DNA of 28,908 nt from Candidatus Helarchaeota ASGARD archaeon Hel_GB_B. Its GTDB lineage: Archaea; Asgardarchaeota; Lokiarchaeia; Helarchaeales; HEL-GB-B. A program made the position numbers and the translations under genes. Under the pieces are notes generated by a model, which was not told where the DNA came from, searched no databases, and was given only the letters and a program-made list of their open reading frames with translations. Of this stretch, positions 1 to 7,918 are shown piece by piece (positions within the stretch are counted from its first letter, which is position 1; every line of letters begins with the position of its first letter). The stretch lies in the NCBI GenBank assembly GCA_005191425.1, contig SUPR01000040.1, forward strand, positions 1-28,908, written 5' to 3'.

Positions 1-288
1 TTTTAAATCAATAGTCCCATTTTTAAAGAATTTAGTAATAGTATTACTAATCGATGGGATTAAATTTTTGAAAAAAGTGCTGGTATGTGCATAGAAAGTC
101 CTTTGGCAACTTTTACAGGTATTTTTTTGAGGATTGCCACGCACAGATGTATCATGCCCATCTCGCTTAATGTTATGCAAGTCACATTCATTAGGGGAGT
201 CTAGGCGTAAAGTCGGGATCTTTGGGAATATTATAACAATATTTAACTTATATTCTAAGTTATAATAATATTTTAATTCATAGTGCAT
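1..288 (-). mobile_element. IS-like transposase N-terminus (IS1/IS1595-type zinc ribbon), runs off the left edge, possibly degenerate
   Basis: Not in the track. My translation from ATG at 288: MHYELKYYYNLEYKLNIVIIFPKIPTLRLDSPNECDLHNIKRDGHDTSVRGNPQKNTCKSCQRTFYAHTSTFFKNLIPSISNTITKFFKNGTIDLK, with no stop before base 1. The pattern xPxxC-IxRxG-PQxxxCxxCxRxF matches IS transposase N-terminal zinc ribbons, but the first expected Cys is Ser. Confidence 0.6.
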
Positions 289-495
289 TTTCGAGTTCGC
301 CACATACTATTTTTAGATAATAAAAAGTAGTTAAATATACAAAAATCTTTTCAAATTTCGTCAGAAAAATAGCTAAATAAAATCATTTATATATCTTTGT
401 CGGGAAAAGGTTTTTGTAAAAACTCATCTTTTCTCCAAAATAAAAATAAACGAACAACGAATTTTTACCAAAATTTATGTCCAATGGGTTTATTC

Positions 496-522
496 ATTTT
501 CCTATGCTAATAATAGGAAAAT
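496..522. repeat. Perfect 10-bp inverted repeat with 7-nt loop (ATTTTCCTAT-gctaata-ATAGGAAAAT)
   Basis: Read directly: 496-505 is the reverse complement of 513-522. Function unknown (terminator or IS-end relic). Confidence 0.6.
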
Positions 523-837
523 AAATTTTATTTTGATTCTATACGAACAGATATTGGCGTAACCCCAGACGCCTCTATCCCTTCCATTTTATTAAAAGAT
601 TTCGGGACTGTTTTTCTTATTATGTTGAAAGGGGGAAGTAAGAAAAAAATGTTAATAAGGTGGATGGGACTTGTATTAAAAGTAATAGAGAATTGCGGTG
701 GAAAAATAACGGAAAAATATTAAAATGAAAAGTGTTTAATTTTTAAAGCATAGGATTTTGTAAAAAGTCTGTCCAATCAAAATCTTTTATTTACATAGTA
801 AAAAAGAATATAATAAAAATAAAAAATTGTAGATTAC

Positions 838-1362
838 CTAAAATTCGATATCTTCTTCTTCAGTTTCTCCAATTAATTCTATCAAATCGCGCCATTCATC
901 ACCTAATCCAGCGACTTCAAGTATATCTTCGACCCTATCTTTAGCTTCTGGAAAGCCGAGGTCTTCAGTAATATTTTCAATTCTTTCTTTTGTAATTCCT
1001 AATTTCTCAAGCGCTTCAATAAGTTTTTCTCTTTTGTCTGGAATATCGAGTTTCTGAATTAAATCTCTTATTCTATCAAATTGTTCTGTTATTCCTAATA
1101 TTTTGTTAATATTTTTAATTTTTTCTACTCTTTTACTAAATTCGACTTCTTGCATAACTTGTTTGATTTTGTCGTCAATGTCTTTTAGCCCTAAAGCCTC
1201 TTTCAAGCCCTCTAGCCTTTCAGTTAAACTTTTTTTCTCGCCTTCTTCTCCTTCACCACCGGTAAGGATACTACTGATTGATTTTAAAGGTTTTAATAAA
1301 AAGCCTAATAAGCCTTCATCTTCATCTTTTTCTACGTCATCTGGCAAATTCAGATCACCCAT
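838..1362 (-). CDS. Acidic alpha-helical repeat protein of unknown function (174 aa)
   Basis: ATG preceded by GAGG. E/K/L/D-rich, with about seven 14-16-aa units often ending LG[LIF] and an N-terminal amphipathic segment GLLGFLLKPLKSISSILTGG. Confidence 0.85.
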   Translation of the reverse strand: MGDLNLPDDVEKDEDEGLLGFLLKPLKSISSILTGGEGEEGEKKSLTERLEGLKEALGLKDIDDKIKQVMQEVEFSKRVEKIKNINKILGITEQFDRIRDLIQKLDIPDKREKLIEALEKLGITKERIENITEDLGFPEAKDRVEDILEVAGLGDEWRDLIELIGETEEEDIEF

Positions 1363-1874
1363 ATTTATGCCTCATAATTATTTTTTATTAATTTGATTAA
1401 TACATTTATTTAATTTGATTTTTTAATAATTTTTTTATTTACAATTTAAAGATCAAATGATCAGTAAATTAATAATTATTATTAAAATTTTATATATTTA
1501 ACTTATTATGATATTTAAAATATAATTGATTTTAACTGGAAGATAATCTTAAAATATAAATTTAACGCACTTTTAATAATAATAAGAAATATAAAAGATC
1601 AATAATAAAATTAATACAATATTTTTTAAGAGATAATTTAATTTTAACATGGTTTTTATTAATTTCATCGAAAAATTTTGTTTTATCAAACTATTTTTTT
1701 ATAAATAATTTTTATATGGAATTTCTAATTGTTTTTGTTGATAATTATAACTTTTTTTCCCTTAATTCTTTATGAAATCATTTGCTAATAAGATTTCATT
1801 GGTAATATTTTCAAAATAATACAACAAATTATATTAAAAAGTATGTTATAAAATTTAAAAAAGAGAAAAATGTT

Positions 1875-2984
1875 TTAAGAAATTAGGGAAGCATTATGTT
1901 TTATTACTTCTTCTGCTTCTTTCATTATTCGTTCTATAACTTCTTTACATGTTGGAAGATCATGGATTAATGCAACTGTTTGACCAACAAGTACAGCTCC
2001 ATTTTCTGTATCACCTTTATAGATAAGGTCATATGCCTTCATATCTTCAATAAATTTATCACTTCCTTGGTCAATTGATCCGCCCATAGATTTTTCATAC
2101 TGAATTCTTTCTTCACGGCTCATTCTTAATGGATGTGATAATGCATATTTATTTTTGAATAATCTTATTGGGCCGAAAGCTCCATCACACATCATAGTAC
2201 TTCTGTCGTCCATACCTAATATTTTATCTTTATAAGTCTGTGCAAAATCACCATCAGAAGTAGCTATAAATCGGCTTCCCATCTGAATTCCATCAGCACC
2301 AAGTGCAAGAGCTGCTGCAAGAGAACGACCAGTGACCATCCCACCCCCTGCTATAATCAAACTATCAGGATATTTCTCGCGGACTTCAGGGACTAATATG
2401 CTTGTAACTACTTGCTCGTAGCTTTGGTGTCCGCCACCTTCATAACCAACAGCAACAACTCCATCACAACCAGACTTAAATGTGTGGTCTACTAATGATA
2501 ATGCAGGAGAAACATGTAGATGTACCAAGTCTGGAGCTTTTCTTTTAATAAGTTTATCTGGTGGTCCTGGGTCGCCAGCTGAAGTAACTATTAATTTAAT
2601 TAGCTCTTTTAATCGTGGATCTTTTTCTCGCTCTTTTATTACTGCCCTAATTAGAGATGGCCAGTCCACTTGGATACGAGCTACTCGGATATTACAACCT
2701 AATACAGCGCCATCTACTGCATGTTCGGCAATATAATGTAAGTCATGAATTATTTTTTCTTTAGAAGATAGAACTCTTGCATTTGGTTTGTCAGAAATTA
2801 GGTGTGTTTCTGGGTCGACTGGTGAAAGAATGCCCCAATGGCTTGTTAAGCCAATTCCACCAGCATTAGCGACTTGTACCGCTGTTTTATAAGTGGAAAA
2901 TGGCCCCATACCTGCTAACATTATAGGGTATTTACAACCGAAAATTTCAGTCATTCGAGTCTTTATTACCAATTTTTTTTTCAC
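1875..2984 (-). CDS. FMN-dependent nitronate monooxygenase / enoyl reductase II (FabK-like) family protein
   Basis: Family motifs KTRMTEIFGCKYPIMLAGM, GYEGGGH, IAGGGMVTGRSLAAALALGADGIQMGSRF and GQTVALIHDLP. The track's GTG (2984) lies inside the AGGTG RBS, so the true start is probably TTG at 2972. Confidence 0.9.
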   Translation of the reverse strand: MKKKLVIKTRMTEIFGCKYPIMLAGMGPFSTYKTAVQVANAGGIGLTSHWGILSPVDPETHLISDKPNARVLSSKEKIIHDLHYIAEHAVDGAVLGCNIRVARIQVDWPSLIRAVIKEREKDPRLKELIKLIVTSAGDPGPPDKLIKRKAPDLVHLHVSPALSLVDHTFKSGCDGVVAVGYEGGGHQSYEQVVTSILVPEVREKYPDSLIIAGGGMVTGRSLAAALALGADGIQMGSRFIATSDGDFAQTYKDKILGMDDRSTMMCDGAFGPIRLFKNKYALSHPLRMSREERIQYEKSMGGSIDQGSDKFIEDMKAYDLIYKGDTENGAVLVGQTVALIHDLPTCKEVIERIMKEAEEVIKHNASLIS

Positions 2985-3766
2985 CTATCAATAGATTTTT
3001 TTCATATGATTTACTATAAGAGGTCATTATTTCTTGAATTTATTTATTATTCTTAAATAAATTGAAATAATCATAAGTTTCCTCTTATGTAATTTAACAT
3101 TCTAAAGGTAATCAAAAAATATATAAAAATTTTACCATTAACAACGGCATAAATCATTAAAAATAGAACAGAAACACTAATCTTATTTAAAATTTGACAT
3201 AATAAAGAGTAAATCGTTTTTAAAATTGTATAAATAAATGAAAATCTAAATCGAACAATAAATTGGATTGAAATCATTTAATCTATTGATTTTAAATATT
3301 TCAGAAGTATCCAAGCAAATCAATTTGAATTATCATTAATTTAAAAGAATTTATCCATTAAAATTGATTATTAATTTTTTAAGATATTATATATGAATAA
3401 AATTTGAGAAAATAACACAGAATCAATTAAATTTAATGAAATTTAATTATATTTCTTAAAATTTTGCTGTTTCCAATTAAATTTTGAATTTATTCTATTA
3501 TAAAAATATTAAATTTCCATAAATAGTTTAGCATTATTTGAAATAAAAGGTCTATGATATTGAGATAACTCAGTATAATTGAAACATAATTATTTTTTTA
3601 AAAAATTAATTTGAATTTATTTGGTCATTATTTTATTGGAATTATTCTTAATTTAGAAATAAATATTACAAAAAAACAGACGGAAATTTCGATAAAAATT
3701 AAAAATATATAAATAGTATGTTGATATTAATTTATTTGAGAAAAAAATTAATGGATGTTTTAAAAA

Positions 3767-3925
3767 ATGTCGACAATTTCAGATAGGATATTAGTTCATG
3801 AATTAAAGTCCTATTGTAAAAAGTTAGACTTAGATAATTACATATTAAATTATTTTTATTGTAAAAAAAGAAGATATCATGTTAATCCTAAAAGTTTCTG
3901 TAAATTTTGTCCCTATTATGAATAA
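3767..3925 (+). CDS. Small Cys-rich protein, 52 aa (putative metal-binding); not in the ORF track
   Basis: My translation: MSTISDRILVHELKSYCKKLDLDNYILNYFYCKKRRYHVNPKSFCKFCPYYE*. It has four Cys ending in CxxCPYY, a GGATG RBS-like motif 9 nt upstream, and no overlap with other genes. Confidence 0.65.
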   Translation: MSTISDRILVHELKSYCKKLDLDNYILNYFYCKKRRYHVNPKSFCKFCPYYE

Positions 3926-4020
3926 AAGCCTTTAAAAATATAAAAACAGTCTTTCTTACTCTATTTTTTCTTAAAAAAATTAGAAATTATGGGAGATTTG
4001 ATTTTAACATAATTTTTATA

Positions 4021-4875
4021 TTATTTTTTAGATTTAATCTTTTCCCAGATATAACCATGTACATCAAATAATATAAAGATTGCAATAGGAGTTATTATTG
4101 AACAGAAGATTAGGATATCTAAGTCAGTAGGTATATGCCCAAAAAGGACTTCTAAATTGATTACAAAATTTTGCATCCAGGGCCACATACCAGGTAAAGG
4201 TTGGCCATTTATGAAGAAATAAAAGAAATCTTCTAAGGTGCTGGTTTGTAATAGCATTGCTGAAACAAAAATATTCCATGATTGACATTTAGTACCACCG
4301 CCAAATTTCCAACTTATAGCGAGTATGAGGTAAAGAAATGGCATTAAAAGCCCCCAAAATGATAAATAATATATTGTTGAAGTTGTTGGAATACCTGCCC
4401 ATAAATCGTTAATAGCAGAATTCACTAAATAAATTAACGGGACCAGAATTAAAGCGTCTGAAATTAAAATAATTAAAAACCGGGTTTTAAGATTTTTAGG
4501 CTGAATTATAAATGCCGATAATAGTCCCATTAAGATTATTTGGAGATAGAATATAAATCCAGGCGAAATTTCTAAAATGACATAAAAAATAATTGGAATT
4601 CCATTTGCAATGATAAATAAGATAATAGATATATAAAACCACATTTTATCGGATTTACCTTTTTCCTGAATGATGTTTCCTGCAAAGTAAATAAAAAAAA
4701 TGGACAGAGATATACCTATGATCAATAAACTTGCTAGCCATAAAAACCTTATAAAAATACCTACTGTAGTGTGTTCTGCAGACCAATCAAACTCAGCGGT
4801 TATTATGATAATACCAATAAAAATCCCAAGTATTACTAATTTTTTTACCCAGAGATTTAAACTTTTTATAGACAT
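4021..4875 (-). CDS. Multi-pass membrane protein of unknown function (about 7-8 hydrophobic segments)
   Basis: 284-aa ORF of alternating long hydrophobic stretches, with a distinctive C-terminal motif STLEDFFYFFINGQPLPGMWPW. Confidence 0.85.
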   Translation of the reverse strand: MSIKSLNLWVKKLVILGIFIGIIIITAEFDWSAEHTTVGIFIRFLWLASLLIIGISLSIFFIYFAGNIIQEKGKSDKMWFYISIILFIIANGIPIIFYVILEISPGFIFYLQIILMGLLSAFIIQPKNLKTRFLIILISDALILVPLIYLVNSAINDLWAGIPTTSTIYYLSFWGLLMPFLYLILAISWKFGGGTKCQSWNIFVSAMLLQTSTLEDFFYFFINGQPLPGMWPWMQNFVINLEVLFGHIPTDLDILIFCSIITPIAIFILFDVHGYIWEKIKSKK

Positions 4876-5397
4876 TTCAATTAAGTATTTATTTTGTTTA
4901 TTAAAAATAAAAATATTGTACCAAAGAAATAATTGTGAAACATTTTAATCTTGAAAACTAAATTAGGACTAACGATTAATTGCCAGTAAAATTAGTATCT
5001 AATTAAAGAACATGCCCGAATTTTAATAAAAAATATAGGACAAAATTTTTTCTGGATAAGTATTTATTTTTTATTGATGATTTATTAAAAAATATGGATT
5101 AATCAAATTGAATAAGATTTAGAAATTAAATTAATAATAAATTAATCAGACTAAAAAAGTTTATTTAAAATAATTTTAAAATTGATTTAAAATATTAATT
5201 GATTTTTATGCATTTTATAAATTATGGACTGATTTTACGGTCATATTGAATAATTATGACGCAATTTTGTAAATTAGCAATTAAAATAAAATTCAAGCAA
5301 TAAGTTATTGATAATATTTTATTGATATTTAATATTTTTCCATTAAATTTAAATTTCGTGGTTTAATATCAATTATAGATGATACAAAAAAACTGAG

Positions 5398-5949
5398 GTG
5401 ACCAAAATATCAGTAGATGATGATTTTTACAAAAAATTGATGAAAATGATATCGGATTTAATGACACCGGAAGGGCAGAAAAAAATTGTGGACTTTATAA
5501 ATAGTAATCCCGATTTTTTTAAAGGGGCATCGTTTGTAAACTTTAATCCTGCTGATTTAGAAAGATTTTTTAATTTTTTAAATAATAACCCAAATATAAA
5601 ATTAAACATAAGTACTTCCAGTAATACCAATTTTCCGATTCCAGGAATATTTCAAAAAGAAGTAAATAATAGCTCAAATGTAGTCCAGAAGGACGAGAAT
5701 GAGGATATTAATCCTGAATGTTTCTGGGTTGAGGATGAATACCATATAGTTTTTAATTATCCGGACGATGTTCTAAAATTTAAGACAGCAGTCCATAAAA
5801 AAGATAAAAGTAATATAATTTTGAGAATTATAAATTCAGAAGGCAAAATTATAAAAAGAGTGAAATTACCAGCAATAATTGAATATAAAAGACATAATGC
5901 TAAATATAGAAATGGAATTTATGAAATAATTTATAAAAAAGCCAATTAA
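5398..5949 (+). CDS. Divergent small heat-shock protein (Hsp20/alpha-crystallin-like C-terminal domain)
   Basis: The C-terminus KRVKLPAIIEYKRHNAKYRNGIYEIIYKK resembles the archaeal Hsp20 signature (xLPxxV...AxYxNGxLEI). The start is uncertain because the GTG lies inside the GAGGTG RBS. Confidence 0.65.
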   Translation: MTKISVDDDFYKKLMKMISDLMTPEGQKKIVDFINSNPDFFKGASFVNFNPADLERFFNFLNNNPNIKLNISTSSNTNFPIPGIFQKEVNNSSNVVQKDENEDINPECFWVEDEYHIVFNYPDDVLKFKTAVHKKDKSNIILRIINSEGKIIKRVKLPAIIEYKRHNAKYRNGIYEIIYKKAN

Positions 5950-6051
5950 ATCATATTTTAATTAGATTAAATAATTAATAACAAAATTACGCATTAAAAA
6001 TTAAAAAATATATCAGAATTTTTTTAACTTTTTTATCTAAAGGATTAAATC

Positions 6052-6384
6052 TTATTTCTTTGCTACCACCTCCTCTAAATCCAAATAGGAATTATTTATA
6101 ATTTCATTAAAAAGTTTTATATCGAAATCAGGACGTAATATAAATAATTTTCCATATTTAATGTGATTTACAAAAACAATGTTTGCTTGTTCTAGTAATT
6201 TTAAATGGTGTTTAATATTTCTATAGGACATTTTAAGTTTGGTAGACAATTGGTTAGTATTATATGGTCTTTCAAGAAGCAAATTAACTATTTTAATTCT
6301 TGTAATACCTCCGCTACGTCCAAATAGCCACCAATATTGACTTGTAGTTCCTAAATCATTATGATTTTCGGCTAATTTATTCAT
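6052..6384 (-). CDS. ArsR-like winged helix-turn-helix transcriptional regulator
   Basis: WWLFGRSGGITRIKIVNLLLERPYNTNQLSTKLKMSYRNIKHHLKLL...YGKLF matches the archaeal ArsR-like wHTH pattern. GAGGA RBS 6 nt upstream. Confidence 0.85.
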   Translation of the reverse strand: MNKLAENHNDLGTTSQYWWLFGRSGGITRIKIVNLLLERPYNTNQLSTKLKMSYRNIKHHLKLLEQANIVFVNHIKYGKLFILRPDFDIKLFNEIINNSYLDLEEVVAKK

Positions 6385-6665
6385 GTGAGTTCCTTCTTTT
6401 TTTCTATTTCAAGGTTTTTTAAGATAATTTTAATTTTTTAAAAATTTTATAAGATATAAATTTGAATTATATTTCTAAAAATAAATACCCTTAATAAAAT
6501 AAAATTAATTTTGGAAATTTTCCCGAATTTTTTTTTAAAATTAATAAAAGAAATATTTTACATTATTAAAAGAATTATTACTAAATTGTTATGAATATTT
6601 GAACATGAGCAAAAAAATAATTTTATTCCCCTATGAGGAGAAAAAAATGATGAGTAATCAAAAAT

Positions 6666-7739
6666 TTATAATTTCAATTTTTCTTTTACCTTGTCGGAGA
6701 TTTCTTTAATAATGTCATTAGAATAATCTTCGATTCTACCTTCATCAGTAAAAGTAGAGATTTTTGGATCTAAAGGTATTTTTCCCAGAAAATTTAGGTT
6801 GTATAGTTCAGCTACTTTGGCCCCTTGGGGTGGTCCGTAAAGTTCAATTTCTTTATTACAATATGGGCATACAAGATGGCTCATATTTTCCACAAGCCCG
6901 AATATTGGGACGTTCATGATTTTAGCCATATTAATTCCTTTTTCTACGATCATTGCAGCAAGATCTTGTGGTGTAGACACAAAAATTATACCATCAACTG
7001 GATACGATTGATATATAGTTAAATGAGTGTCTGAAGTTCCGGGTGGGAGGTCTAAGACTAAAATATCAAGAGGACCCCAATCTACTCGTTCGTAGAATTC
7101 TTGTAGAATTTTGTTAATGAGCGGTCCACGCCAAAGGACAGGGTTGGTTTCTTCAGGTAATAATAAGTTCATAGAAATAATTTTAATTCCATTTTTACTT
7201 TGGACAGGAATAATTTTATCGGCAATAACAATAGGCCGCTCTCTGAGGCCAAAAAATTTAGCTATTGAAGATCCAGTGATATCTGCATCAAGGATTCCAA
7301 CGCTCATACCACTTCTTCTTAAATATGAAGCTAGAATTGAGGAAACAAAAGATTTACCTACACCGCCTTTTCCAGAGGTAACAACGATAATATTTTTAAG
7401 TTGTTGTTTACCGAATTTTGGTATCATACTAGCAGAAATCTTTTTTTCTTCTTCAGGAGTTAGTTTTTTCATAAATTCATTGTGCTCTTGTGGTGTCATT
7501 TTAACAAAGTTCACTTCTACATCGTCCAAATTTAATTTATCTTTAAGATAAAGAATTGTGTGTGCTTTGATATCTTCATTGGACTGGTAATCAAGAGCAA
7601 GTGTTTTAAAAGTAATTTTTATCTTTTTATCGTCAATTATTTCTAAATTTTTAACTAAATCTAAATCTGCTAGACTTTTATTAAGTCCTGGAAACATTAC
7701 ATTTTTTAATGTAGTAATTACTTCAGTTTTATTTACCAT
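6666..7739 (-). CDS. mrp: Mrp/NBP35 (ApbC) Fe-S cluster carrier ATPase with N-terminal DUF59-like domain
   Basis: Deviant Walker A SGKGGVGKS, LDADITGSS, LWRGP, DLPPGTSD, VSTPQ and ENMSHLVCPYC. The N-terminal LKNVMFPGLNKSLADLDLV is typical of DUF59. Confidence 0.93.
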   Translation of the reverse strand: MVNKTEVITTLKNVMFPGLNKSLADLDLVKNLEIIDDKKIKITFKTLALDYQSNEDIKAHTILYLKDKLNLDDVEVNFVKMTPQEHNEFMKKLTPEEEKKISASMIPKFGKQQLKNIIVVTSGKGGVGKSFVSSILASYLRRSGMSVGILDADITGSSIAKFFGLRERPIVIADKIIPVQSKNGIKIISMNLLLPEETNPVLWRGPLINKILQEFYERVDWGPLDILVLDLPPGTSDTHLTIYQSYPVDGIIFVSTPQDLAAMIVEKGINMAKIMNVPIFGLVENMSHLVCPYCNKEIELYGPPQGAKVAELYNLNFLGKIPLDPKISTFTDEGRIEDYSNDIIKEISDKVKEKLKL

Positions 7740-7918
7740 AACTGTTCACATCTAGTCAAAATTAATAATTCCATTATTATTAATTAAGAAAATTTATCAT
7801 AGTATTTATTATTAGTAGAAAAAAATGCTTATTAAGATTTTTTTGGTAATTCACAAAAATTTGAATTTATTCATATATAAAAGATATTTAGAAAAAAATC
7901 AATTAACAGTGTAATAAA

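Noticed and set aside
3071-3277. 68-aa hydrophobic ORF
   Set aside because: Composition is what AT-rich non-coding DNA gives by chance (I/F/L/Y/K); no RBS or motif. It cannot be fully excluded.
3902-5049. Apparent inverted repeat AAATTTTGTCC(C)TA flanking the membrane-protein gene, suggesting a cassette with terminal repeats
   Set aside because: The left copy is simply the codons for KFCP in the 52-aa ORF. The match is short and AT-rich, and no target-site duplication was seen.
6605-6709. Plus-strand mini-ORF (34 aa, or 20 aa from ATG 6647 after a GAGGAG motif) overlapping the 3' end of mrp
   Set aside because: Very short, antisense-overlapping, and no recognisable product. The RBS-like motif alone is not enough.
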